A stretch of 64,000 nucleotides of DNA from Schizochytrium sp. TIO01 (taxonomy: Eukaryota > Protista > Bigyra: Labyrinthulomycetes). The DNA lies in NCBI GenBank assembly GCA_004764695.1, contig SMSO01000037.1, positions 844,747-908,746 on the forward strand. Direction: 5' to 3'. The translations under genes were made by a program, and so were the position numbers. The number at the start of each line of letters is the position of its first letter. Within the stretch, counting starts at the first letter, position 1. The notes beneath the pieces were generated by a model. That model searched no databases and had not been told where the DNA came from. It was given only the letters and a program-made list of their open reading frames with translations. Of the stretch, positions 12,180-24,700 are shown piece by piece.

Positions 12180-14993
12180 ATGCTTGGCATTGCTCTCGTG
12201 GTGGAGGACGTGACGAAGGGCCAAAAGGTTGCCTTCAGGTACCCTGGCCCTCGCCGCGTAGACCCATCAAGTCTTAGCCGGCCCGACGGCTCCCGACGGA
12301 GGTCCTCCGGGCACCAAAATCTCAATCCTGGCGATGCAGGCCAAGGCAAACCGCGGCGCAATTCGGTCTCCTCGTGGACAAGAGCGTCCAAAAACGATGG
12401 CACAGGACCACGTGGGCGGAAGGTTGGCCACGGAGGCGTTTATGCTCTTGACCGTGAGGCCGAGCATGACCTTCTTGCTTCGAACCGTCGCGATTCCAAG
12501 CGCAAGTCCACCGTCAGCAAGGATTTCTGGCGCCTGGAAACAGAGCTCTTCGCAAAACTGCTACGACCAACCCAAGCACAATGCGGCCGTATGCTTGAGC
12601 TTGTGATTGATAACCTTCGATTCCTCAGTTTCCCTGTGCAAGTGGACCGTCACCCGCACGCGGAGGCATCAAACAGAAACACCTCAAATTTGGATTCACA
12701 AGGCCCTGGGATTTCAGGAGGCAGCGGCGGTATTGATTCTGATGGAGCTGGCAAAGATTCATCTTCAGCAGCGGATGATGCTCATGAAGTGGCAATGTTC
12801 TCTCTCATATTTGTGCTTGACGCCGAGTCTGAAAAGATCTTGGAGCAATCTAGGTTCAAGCTTGCAGTGAAACCCGGCGCCAGAACCTATGGAGTTACCT
12901 ACCCAGGAAGCGCACAGTCTGTGGACATGTATCGGCGCGCGGCAATCAAGGTTGCACATGCAATGTTGTACGAGGAGCAACAGTGCAATTATATTAGTAC
13001 ACAGGTGCGGAAGATGATAAAAGCAGGAACTTTAAGTGTCAAAGATACAATTGATGAGATGCATGGTAATGCACTTGGGCTTGATGGCATGTCGGATGGA
13101 GACTCATCTGTGAACATACACAATGAAGTTCTTCGCTCACAAGGACTTACAGATATCAGCGAGGCCTCGTCGCAGCCCCATACCGCGTCACAGGGCGGTA
13201 GGTCCAACACAGAACATGTAAAAATGCGTCGCCGCAACCAGCACGATGTTCTACATCGACTCATACAAGCTGCGCTGGCACAGAGTCGTCTAGCACAGGA
13301 GCTGCGACAAATTTATGAAGGACTTTCTGAACATGGTATGGTCCATCTCACAATGAATGGGAAAGTAAATCTCACTCTCACATTGCAGCATCCTTTTCTT
13401 CATCCAGCTCAGGCCTTGCGTCCTTACCAAGCTGTACTCTTGCGGATTGACCAAGAAACAGAGGCCACGTCCCTGCTTAACGTTGATGCATCTGCACACA
13501 TCCAGCGCATCTGGAGGTACGCCCGTCGCCATGGCCCGCTTAAATCATTTGAGGAGATGGCACTCGACCTTGGTATCCCAATTGAGGAGATTTTCCGTGT
13601 TGCAGGTCACTTAGTGTATTGGCGCAGAGCGCGCGTTGTACACTCCGTGAATTTACGAAATGTTTACCGCGTAGCTCCTGGTGTAGACTTGGATCCATCG
13701 TCATCAATTCACTATGAATTCCAACGTCGCTTTGGCAATCCTGTTGTGATCCCAAAAAGTACATCTCGCCTTGTCGAGCATTCCTCGGAATCTGCATATG
13801 ATGAAATTGATGAAGTTGGCGAAAATGCAAAGGAGGTTCCCTTGGTCGTTTCACTAGCGCGTGTGCTTTCTTGCTTTTCTGGAACTCGAGAGAACAGCAA
13901 TGAGCCAGCACAAGTGAGTGATATTCAACGAAGTATTCTATCAAGCTTGGGTATTAGTCAAGAGTTATTTTTAGAGATGCTTGTTTGGCTGATGGAGCGG
14001 GGTCTCATTGCGGAGCTGCACCAATACCATTATTTCATTGCTCCTGCCCGTGGTGACTCAGGTGGCCCCAAAAAGGTCCGAGCAGGAGATACTCAGTCCA
14101 AGTTGGGCTCAACTCCAGCAGACATGGCTGCGGCAGCAGCACATGCTGCAGACCAAGCTGACTTCGCTGAGGCCGAGGCAGCGAAGACTCTTGCTTCTCA
14201 AACTACACAGTCTACACAAAGTCTGCAGAATATCCACGCTGAAGAAACAGTCTCTGCAATGTTGCTTCAGAATAAAACCGCTCAGTTGTGTATCGCCAAA
14301 AACTCAAATATTAGCCCATCCAGCCACACCAGCCCTGTACAACAAGTTCAATTTTTGCCGCACGTACCTCGTACATCTGCAATTACCTCTGCGGTGGACA
14401 ACCAGCTTCATTTTTCACAACAGCAACAACCTCAGCACACTGCCCACAGCGATACCCTACCAAATTCAGGAGCCCAATCACACACTCAAAGGCATGTAAC
14501 GTCTGATCCATCTTTGCGTAGCGATGTTCAAGGTGGCGCACCAAGTACTGAAACAGTATTACATGCGCCGACTCCAGAGAACCCAGATATTGATGTTGAA
14601 AGTCCTGCAGATGGCTTGAGCGCAGGCCGCGTCCTTCGGGAGACAGGCTATAGCCCAGCACTCCAACAACGAATCAATGAAGATGTTCAGGTGCTCGAAA
14701 CGAAGGATCTTAATTTGCAAAGTGAAACCTTGCATACTCAACATCTAGATGAGCAACAGAATCGCCGAGCTCAACACCGAGACATCTTGTTGCGAAATGA
14801 AGCTCTCTTTCTTGATGCTGTTGCAAGCGATACCGAGACATATCGCATTTTCCGCCGACTTGCGCCGTATTTACATGGTCGCCATCATTCTCGTGAAATT
14901 GTATGGCGGGAATGTATCACCTTTGAACAGCTCGAGGCAGTGCTATTGCAGTACAACGAATTTGTCGCTTCTTTCTGGGCACCATCACCTTGA
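12180..14993 (+). CDS. NPRL3: GATOR1 complex subunit NPRL3/Npr3
   Basis: N-terminal longin start (GIALVV...GQKVAFRYP), LRPYQAVLL, IFRVAGHLVYWRRARVV...NVY and C-terminal FRRLAPYLHGRHHSREIVWRE all match NPRL3 family blocks. Confidence 0.9.
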   Translation: MLGIALVVEDVTKGQKVAFRYPGPRRVDPSSLSRPDGSRRRSSGHQNLNPGDAGQGKPRRNSVSSWTRASKNDGTGPRGRKVGHGGVYALDREAEHDLLASNRRDSKRKSTVSKDFWRLETELFAKLLRPTQAQCGRMLELVIDNLRFLSFPVQVDRHPHAEASNRNTSNLDSQGPGISGGSGGIDSDGAGKDSSSAADDAHEVAMFSLIFVLDAESEKILEQSRFKLAVKPGARTYGVTYPGSAQSVDMYRRAAIKVAHAMLYEEQQCNYISTQVRKMIKAGTLSVKDTIDEMHGNALGLDGMSDGDSSVNIHNEVLRSQGLTDISEASSQPHTASQGGRSNTEHVKMRRRNQHDVLHRLIQAALAQSRLAQELRQIYEGLSEHGMVHLTMNGKVNLTLTLQHPFLHPAQALRPYQAVLLRIDQETEATSLLNVDASAHIQRIWRYARRHGPLKSFEEMALDLGIPIEEIFRVAGHLVYWRRARVVHSVNLRNVYRVAPGVDLDPSSSIHYEFQRRFGNPVVIPKSTSRLVEHSSESAYDEIDEVGENAKEVPLVVSLARVLSCFSGTRENSNEPAQVSDIQRSILSSLGISQELFLEMLVWLMERGLIAELHQYHYFIAPARGDSGGPKKVRAGDTQSKLGSTPADMAAAAAHAADQADFAEAEAAKTLASQTTQSTQSLQNIHAEETVSAMLLQNKTAQLCIAKNSNISPSSHTSPVQQVQFLPHVPRTSAITSAVDNQLHFSQQQQPQHTAHSDTLPNSGAQSHTQRHVTSDPSLRSDVQGGAPSTETVLHAPTPENPDIDVESPADGLSAGRVLRETGYSPALQQRINEDVQVLETKDLNLQSETLHTQHLDEQQNRRAQHRDILLRNEALFLDAVASDTETYRIFRRLAPYLHGRHHSREIVWRECITFEQLEAVLLQYNEFVASFWAPSP

Positions 14994-15781
14994 TTTTATT
15001 AGTTCTATATATACATTTCTCCTTTTTTTTTCGTCTTACTTCATCTCCTTCATTCATTTTTTTTTTTTTAATTACCTTGTAGTTCATGTTCGATTAGATA
15101 AACTTCACTTGCTCAGTTTGTTGAGAAGAAAACTCAGGGAAAATGGGAGACACCGACAATTGGATCAGCTTTCTACTTATATAGCATCTTTACTATTCAA
15201 ATTCTGCCTTGTACGCAAGCCTCTCTAATTTCTGCACTCGAGATTGTATACTGCATTTCTATTGAGTTCCCACAGAAGATTTATTAGAACCCAGAACTAA
15301 ACCTCCAATGAGAACTTGCAAAATCTTGTTTAAGAAGATCATTTATCAGCACAGTGATAATAATAAAAGGGTTATTATTTTCAAATTTAGTTCAGTTTTT
15401 AAAACTAATAGAGAAAAATGGTTGTTGTTATGGTTGTCGTTATTGTTCTTGTAAATACACAAAACACAGCGACAGATGAAGAAATAGATCTTGCAAGTAT
15501 ACATTCTGATGATAGGCACGGGCGAGGGAAATGCCAAAATGATGATAACATTGAGCCTTGGTTGCATATCATGCCACCATGGACAGATATTAATCATTGA
15601 TAGTTTGACGAAACCCTCCTCTTCAAAAGATTGATGTACCGTTTGCTGGACTACGCAATTTTCAGCTGTCCTTAACTTTTTTTCTTTTTCTTTTTGCTTT
15701 CATTTGTTTGCTTTAATTCTTCTTGTTTTATCTTTAAAGACTGAGGCTAACAATGTTGCTGAGCGCTTCAACTTCTTTTCT

Positions 15782-18700
15782 TTATGAGGATGCCGGTGCG
15801 GAAGTAGGGTTGGCCTCTACTTGCGTGCTATCTTCGCCCATGCTAGTTGCCTGAGTAGAATTACGATTCAATAATTCAGGCTGTACGGGATGATGGAACA
15901 CCTGGGAATTCCACATTACCACTGCAGAATCAGAAAATCCACCAGCACGAAGAATCTCCTCCTCAGATTTAGCAGAAAGTAAATTTTGCTCAAAAAGATT
16001 GCAGATGTCTGAAACAACTTGGATAGCACCATGCTCATCCTGCAAGATGGTTTCAACTAGGCCATTAGGGCCCTTGCCGCGAAGCTGTCGAAGCTGGTCA
16101 ACCACAATCAAAATGCGTAAAGCTGGCATGGTTGCGTCGCGTACACTAGTCTCGCTACCTTGACCAAGGCTGAACGCAGAGGACAAACTGCTGCGGCGTT
16201 GATTGCTTATCACACCTGATCCAGCTGCCAAATGACCTTGGGCAACATCTTTGCCATATGTTGCCACACTCTGCAAGAATGCAAGTCGAGACGTTTGCCA
16301 TTGTTCATCCTCCATTAAAAAGAGTGAGACTACAGTATTGAAGCAAAAGTCTGGCAGAAGAGTTTTGGACTCACTCATGTCCTGCGGCGAGCTGGCCGCA
16401 GGAACAGATCCAGTTACACCGCTGGATCCACTATATTCCACATGCATTTCTTGTTGCTCGTCGGATACTTTCCCAACGTCTGCTGTCTTTCCTGACTTCA
16501 CTACTTGGCTACTAGCTTCGAGGAAGTAACAAGCACAGAACTCGTTAAGAGTGTCTTCGAGCGAGGTTCGTTGCTTACTTGACCCTGTTGCTAGAAGATG
16601 GGCTGCCATTGAAACTAATGGCACAAGAAGCTTGAAGTTGCTGTCATGACCTCCGCCATTCGTGTCCATGCTGAGAGACTCGTCCCAGCAGAGGCGCAAT
16701 AACAGCGACCGAATATCAAGCAAGACAATACTTAGAGCGCAAGGGCAATTCGAAGATGTCAGGGACGGGATGATCCGGCGCTGCAGCTTTTCAAAATACT
16801 GCTCTACTAGAGAGTTGTACCGTTCTGTAGAAATAGTTGCCGGGCCTCGCAAAGGAATAAGCCCATTTGTTTTTACATTGGTATTCCGCAATTCTGCGCC
16901 CTCCCATTCAGAGCGTTTGGCCTTGTCATGGGACAAGTCTACGCGGACCGCCTCGGAATGGCACGAGAAGTGTACAGCATTGAATGAAGTAACTGAGCTA
17001 GTGCCAATCACGCGTCGCCTACTTGAGCTTCCCAATGATGGAGAAACCAGATTGCCCTTGGAGCGCGTCACAGATACATCAGATAACGAGTCCTCGGCGT
17101 TTGAAGAGTCGGCAAGCTTAAACTGCAAAATAGAGAAAACACCGGGAAGATGTTCTTGTATCTTTGCCATGTCCAAGGTCGACAAAGCGTCAGGTTGTTT
17201 CGACAATGACATGAGATACTCCTTTATACCCACAATTCCAGAAGCATTTCCGTCCACATTGACGTAATTAATGTTCGAATCTACATCAGTTGCTTTACTG
17301 AAAATGTAGATACCCATGGCTTCTGAAGGGCGGTTAGTGTACCCTTCTTTACAAATAACACAAGGATGCTCTTCGTTAACGAGCTCTTCCATTTCTTTCA
17401 TCCAATCAGGCATTGAATTAGTTTTAGACTTCTTGGGCTTCTTGGGCTTCTTGGACTTCTTCTCCTTTTTCTTTTTCTTCTTTTCTGGCTCCACAGTACC
17501 TTCTGCAGAGTTCGAAGAGCCAGCTCCAACATCTTCGTCTGGGTTTTGCTGAGAATTGGCTCTGGAACCATAGGCGTCCGACGGAGCTCTAGCTCCAGTA
17601 GTTACACCTTCAACCTCTCCAGAACCGTCACCATCTGAATCCACACCATCACGTTTTCGTTTACGGGAGGTCTCAGGCTCGGCAGTTGACAAGCTGGATA
17701 CTGCACCCCGAAGCATCTGTTGCATCATCAACTTGCGTTTTGCTGATGCGCGAGTAAGTTTTGCCTTGCGCCGCTCGTCACGCAGCCCAGCCAAAAACTC
17801 CTGCTGAGCGGTGTTATCCGTACTTGCAGCATTCATAAAAGCGTCGGCGTACTCTCCAATGAAGGGAACTTCCTTTGCGGGGATTGTTTCCATCTCAAAT
17901 GCAAGTTCAAGGAGACCTTGCTGACGGACTAACTGTTGGGTAGGCTCATGCGATAGCGCAAGTCCTGTCAAGAGACGGAGCGCAAGCAATACAGAGGGTG
18001 TACTAGCAAGCTTTACATATGCATCACGCATTGATTTCTTCTTCCTCTTCTTTTCTTTGCCTGAAGAGGAGGAAGATGCATTGCCTCCCTCGGACACTTG
18101 CGACCAAATCTTAACAACATGATTTACAAGGGATGGGGTAAACCCAGTCTCTAGTGCCATGTCACGTAGTAAGGTTGCGTTTTTGTCCTTACCCATAGCC
18201 ATGACAGACCAGTAAACTGTTTTAAGATCGTCCTGCATCGAAACAGCTTCGTCCAGAGATTTGTCTACGCGTTCAAGGTCTACCATGCGCTGGAAGCGAT
18301 CGACAAGGATTTGCATTTCCTCGCGGCGACCAAAGGTCAAGAAAGGCAGGAGACGACAAAGAGCTCTTCGGTTTCGAATTGTTGTTTGTCGACTTGGGTC
18401 ATCAAGATGTTCAAGCGAGACTAACAATTGGCTACGTCCAAATCCAACGGTATCTTCTTCGCTGCCGGGGACAGGGCTTGATGTTGAGGATGATGCAGGC
18501 ACGCCCATACCTAGCGAACCAGCATCTGTAGAACTTTGCTTATCATCAATTCGTTCAACAACAAGACGCTCGAGAATGACAACAACCTGTTCGGCCAGGT
18601 CGCCAGCACTTGGTTCTTGAAACGAAGCTCGTAGAACACCGAGAAGAATACGAATACCACGAAAACTAGGTGACGCCAGCAGAGCGCGATTAGTTGAGCA

Positions 18701-21700
18701 GTTGCAAGCCAGCCCAATCAGGTTCACCATGCCTGCAACACACTCACGAGCAATCTTCGAGCTTAACGAAAAGTGTTTGCAAGCTGCTGTTAGGATAGAG
18801 AGTAGAGCAGCTAAGCCTTCGGTCTGTAGCATTTTAGTTTTAGCATAGCGGACCTCGGGGTCTTCATCATCATCTGTATCATCTTCCAATTTCTCAACAA
18901 AATCTTCCGTTGCCTCGCCATCAATGCCCATAAGCCGGTAGGTAACCTCCATGGGCCGGCCTACGTCATCTTCTTCGCCTTCCCCCATCTCGTCATCGGA
19001 GTCATCAGAGTGGGGCCAATCAGCCTCATGCATGTGTTCTTCGTTTCCACCATGCTCACGGAGATGGGGAAGCCACACCTTTTGATACACGAGACGAATT
19101 GGAAGGTCAATATTGATGATTTTACCAGCCACAAGAAATTCCATAATGTCCATTGCGTTGGTAAAGTTCAAATCCTTTGCGATCTTCATACGTAAATCGC
19201 GCATAGTTGGTTCCGCTTTCGCCTTCGCTGAACCGGCTGCGGCGTTTGTGGAGTGCAGAACGTTAGATCCGCTTACAACATCGAGACCAAGGACGCTCTC
19301 TAGAAATCCTTCCATAGTTTGTGGTGATTTTCGTATGTTCCCACCACCAGCGCTACCTTCACCTTGGTTATCATCATCATCGTTAGGTACAGGAATTTCT
19401 TCGATATTAATAGGATTGCTATTCAGATTCGATGAAAAATAATCTTCCTGCGAACGCAAGCGATTCATGAGGAGAAAAAGATTTGGTAGCTGTTTCACTG
19501 GTTCTACAATTCCAGCGAGCTCACCAACAAGTCTAATTAAACGTTGTACTAGAGCATGTGTCTGGTCAGGATCACTAGTCATGCTCTCAAGGATAGACGC
19601 ATTACTAGATAGCAAGCGAGTTGCTGCAGCGAAAATGTCCTTGTCAAACTCACGTTCGTCAGTAACCATCGTCATGACAAGTTGCAGATTATTCCGTGTG
19701 TTTTGGATACTATCTACGTTTGAAATACAACGTAAGGAGCTCAAAGTTACTTCAGCCTCCACGATGTCATCCAAATAGAAGCGAGCGAGAACACGTTTCG
19801 CTGGAGTAGGCTTCACTGCAATAAGAAGAATATCAGCAGCAGCATCTACCCATGCCATTGCTTGGTCCAAGCCTGTTGTAACAACGCCAGAGTCTGCTGG
19901 GTGCTGCAACATGGTTTGCTCAAAAATGGCAACCTGACGACATTCGGAGCGAATGATTGCACATATGTTCTTAAGGAAACCTCGTCCTGCAGCTAGATTC
20001 AATGTAACACCAGATTTTGAATGCATCACACTTTTAAGTAAACCAAAGACATTTCGCACGTTGGCAGGGTACATTGTTTTCCGCTCCGTTGTCCATAACT
20101 TCATAATATAAGTAGAAAGTCCAACATAAAGCTCTGCAAGTTCCATCGGCTCCATACAGATAATATTATCTGCAAGAAGTCTCTCAATCGCATTTTGAAC
20201 GCAGACTTGCGAGCTTCGACTTGCAACCGTCCAAAGCCATTTCCATGAAGACCCTGAAAAAAAAGCCTCGCTGAAAAGTGACGTGGGAGCCTCATCGCGA
20301 ACTACAAATTTGGATAAGCTCGAATGATATTTCTTCACAAACAATGTCACCCTACGAGCAGCAATGTTTCTTGCGTCCACACAAGAGTGCTTCGTCTCAA
20401 GAGAACGCAACAAGCCGATTTCGGCACTTCCCTGTAGATCTTCAGTACTGATTGAGAGGTTCAATGTGCGAATAAACGGAGCAAATATTGCACGACCAAA
20501 GGCAGCATAGGTCCAGCTCGAGGTATCTGTTTCTACAATGAAATGGCATAGCATGAGCATGTACTCACTCCCCCCATCATCAGGATTCTTGCATAAGCTT
20601 CGTAATACTTCTACTAGACCTATGAGCCAGTTGCAATTGTTAAGTGATTCAGGATGGTTTAAGACTACCAGAATACGCTTTTGTAACTCGTCACGAGTAA
20701 ACTCCAGTGCATCATGATCAAGATGAGCAATGCCTTGAATCGCAGGTAGCGAGCCAGTACCATATGCTCGAAGCAACTTGGACAAAGGAACTGTTCCCGA
20801 ATGATCTCCGTTTACAGATTTCACATCATCCTTGTCGCCTGCTTTTACCTTCACCATATCCAAGTCAGGATTTTGTTGGTCGCTGTGACCCCCAGACCTA
20901 CCAACTTCATCGTGTTCCTTTCCTGAACTAGATTTTGATTTCTTCCGCGATTCCCAGATCGCATTTGCGACAGCGCTATCAAACTGTTCATCTTCCTCGG
21001 CATCAGAGTCTACGGCGAGGATTTCCATAGCATTTATGCCGTGTCCAGCGCTTAGAGCTGCAGAGATGTCTTCGTGGCCATTGTCGCCGTCATGTTCATC
21101 CTGGTGCTCCTCCATGGCATGATCTTCATCATTTTCATCTGCAACCTCCTCGTTGTCATGCTCGTCACCTTCTTCTTCGTCGTCGTCTTCCTCATCTTCA
21201 TCCTCTTCTCCACCATTGCCACTTTCTAAAACATGGATCATATTATTATCCTCGCCATCTTCACCATGTTCATCTATATTATCTCCAGCAGAGATTTCCG
21301 ATGTTAAATGTTTACCATCGTCACCAAGATGAACAGTATAGCGATTGCCTTCATCATCTTCATAAATCTCAACCATGCCTTCAGCGTTAGCTTCATCGTC
21401 CTCCTCGTCTTCATCAACATCATCTCCTTCAATCACTTGTTGATTTGAGTTGATGGTCTCATCTAGTTCCTCGCAAGACTCCAAAACGCTTGCAACACCA
21501 AAATTTAGACACTGCCGCAATAAAGACGCACGCATGGGTTGAGGTACATCGCCAAACAGCCAGGGGGACCGCTTCAAAGACGCGACCAGTCGAAATAGAC
21601 TGTCCATAAATTCCGTTGCGCATGATTGGCAGGTATACAAGACAGCGCCTGGCTCTTGACGGTGACGTTCAGAAAGCATTGAGTAGATATGATCTCTAAA

Positions 21701-24700
21701 CGAACTTAATGATGTTGATCGGTCCGATTTCACCTCACTGTCTGAGTTCGATAGCATTGCTCTTGCATTTCGGCGACTGTACAAAGCCAGTTGACGTCGA
21801 ATTTCGCCCAATGCAAGACGGGTAGTGAGAAGCTTCTGATATAGAGCTTGAGACGACATGGAGTATACCTCTGGCGCTGAAATGAAATGGCGATGCAGAT
21901 CTGCGCTCACGCCATTTGGCTCGGAGCAGATCCGGTCAAATAATGATTGAACTTTGACAATTGACAGATCTGAATTATCTTTGTTCTCTTTGGATTTTGC
22001 TCTTCGGAATGAAGTTTTCTTAGCAGCTCCTGAGGAATCCTTCTTTGAGGTTGATGAAGAGTGAACCAAGGTCTGAGGATCTTGCAGGCCAAGCTCCAAG
22101 AGCTGCAGCATCTCGCCTGATTGCAAGTTGTTCTGGAAAGTATCCCCTAGAGCGAGGCGTTTTGCTTCGAGGGCCTTGCTTAGGTTCGGGTCCCCATTTG
22201 TATTGTTGCTAGTATTGCAGCTACTAGTAGCACTGCCTTGGTGCTTTGACCACTCGAGGCCACGAGCACGGTGTCTTGAGAGACTAATAGTAGAGTTTTC
22301 ACCAAGTCCTCGATGATCACGCAGTAATCCAATTGACCTGAGGAAATCTATAGAAGCGGTCTTTGGCTGTCCTCCAACTTCTGCGTCTTGAAACTTATTC
22401 AGTACCCATCGGGAGCTCTTGCCCCCGCGACGCTGGTCAGTGCTTGACTTTGCAAGTTTTGAAGAACTTTCATCACTTGGCCGTGGGGCCGGGGCAGCTG
22501 AAATGACGGCCCCGCACAAATGGCGGCCTTGTTGTTCCCACCACATAATCCCATCGTCCTCGGAGGATGAGGTCTGCTCCAAGATGCTTTCTCGAAGTTT
22601 AACTGCTGTGTCTTCAAAGGAAGCAATACTGCGATTGGCACACTCTCGATCCACTTCCGACTGAATAGGAGGATAGTCTGTCGAGACGCGTGCTTCCAAC
22701 GTATAGTTAAACTTTGCGTATCGACAGTAACCACAGTCTACACACAAAAATGCGTTGCGGTCCTCCTGATTAATTCGGCGACATTGACGGCATTGAAACA
22801 CTACTTCACCACAAGTACAAACGCCATTCTTGTTTGTCACAACGCGGTTGCATCGAGGGCAGGTTTGCCGCTCGCTGCTCTGGCTGAATTCCAACTCACT
22901 TGTCGTATGATATCTAAAGAGAAGATTAAATGTTGACACGGGAACAGGCAATCGTGCAGTCAAGCGAAAAGATGATTCCTTTCCCATTTTGAAAGTTGCA
23001 ATTTCATGCCACTGATTCTCTTGTGATTGCAAGACAGCCAAGTCGGCAGATGGGTTGCTATTGCAGAATACAGAAACCTTATCTACTCCGCAACCGAAAA
23101 CGGAAGACTGAGTTTGTACTGAAACATGAATTGCATTCACAGAATACATGCAATCCATCCGAACAAGCATTGAGTTGGATGTAAAACTTGATTCACGACG
23201 TGATGGTTGAAGTGCGAGCGTTTTGAACTCACGTCGAGGCGCACGACAAGTATTGCACGTGTGAAGAGTGATGGCACTAGACGCAACTGGTGGAAGTGCA
23301 ACACTACGGAGGGAGTTCTCTGCGGAGATTTTATAAGCTGGACTAGAATGCGAAGGTGTATTCTCAGTGGCAGACTTATCTCTTCCCGTGGCTGCTAGGG
23401 ATGAGGTGTTGATTTTGATGGTAGTCCCGTTTTTCATTAAAGACGCAGTACGAGTACCACTTTGAGAATCGCGCTGACCATGCTGTCGTTTGTTTTCACA
23501 TGCATCGCCGTGTTTAGTTTCTGATTCGGATGGAGATGTCATTGTGCAACTAAGATTCACTAGGTTTCCGAGTTGAACATTCCGAATGTGAGCCTCATCC
23601 GAAAGAACTAAAGGACCAAGGACCGACATCAAATTGCTAACTTTCGAACCTAAAGCTCGACTCACCACTGGCTGAAAATCGGCCTCTTTCAGTTCCCCGC
23701 GAGACGACATGATACGGATCATGTGAACAAGTTCAATACCGAATTGGACACCAGTATCAAGTAAAGTATCAAAACGGGAAACCATATGAGCAACCATAGT
23801 AGCACGAACCTCGTCGCGTGTTGCAACCCATGCTTCTGCCTTAACATCCTCTGCGACGTCACGTTTAAGTGTCACATATATACGACGCCATAGTACAGCA
23901 GCTAACAGGCGAACATTCTCCGAAACATGCTCAAGCATGAATGAATCCACGAGTTTATTTAAGAAAGCAGGTTGCAACGTTAACATGCGTACGAGCATAC
24001 GCTGTGTTGTGGAGGAATTCTCCTTTGAATGCTTCGTTTCAGTCTGCACTGCACTAGGGATAGCCCGAATCAACATTTCGAAGATCAAAACTGCCGAGCC
24101 CGAGGTTACAGAGCTAAGCGATGAAAACAGGCATCTAAAGCTATCAGCTTCGGCCGTGTAACGTTGCCAATGCTCAATAGCTCCAGATATACTTATGTGC
24201 AGCTTCTGAATAACCATGGTGCTTTGCGCCATATCCTCGTATGAGGCATCCCCTGGCAAGAAGCCGGGCATCAACCCGCCTCGGAGAACATGATCTGAGG
24301 CCATTGTTGGCTGAATCTTGCGCAAGACATCCCGTAACACGCGCATATTAGCTTCAAAAATTGCCTTGTCGCGATGCCAACTTAAAGACGGGTTTTTCGA
24401 GCAAAGAACCGATAAAGAAGAGCTGCAAGGGTCACGGAGAAAGCTGAAGCGCTGATGACTTACTAGGGGGATGATACCATGGAGCACCAGGTTTTCCTCT
24501 ACATGAACAGAATCTGTGATACACACAGAGGCTAGAGCAGCAATTGATTGAAGTAGGGCCCGTGGAAGGCTGGTGCCCTTACCTAACCCATACACTCCTT
24601 GCTCTGGAAGCTTCATTCGTGCCAAGGCAAGGATTGGGTTCCAGAATGCTGATTCAGCTGATATTTGTTTTTCAGAATCGCCAATACTGACCTTATCATT

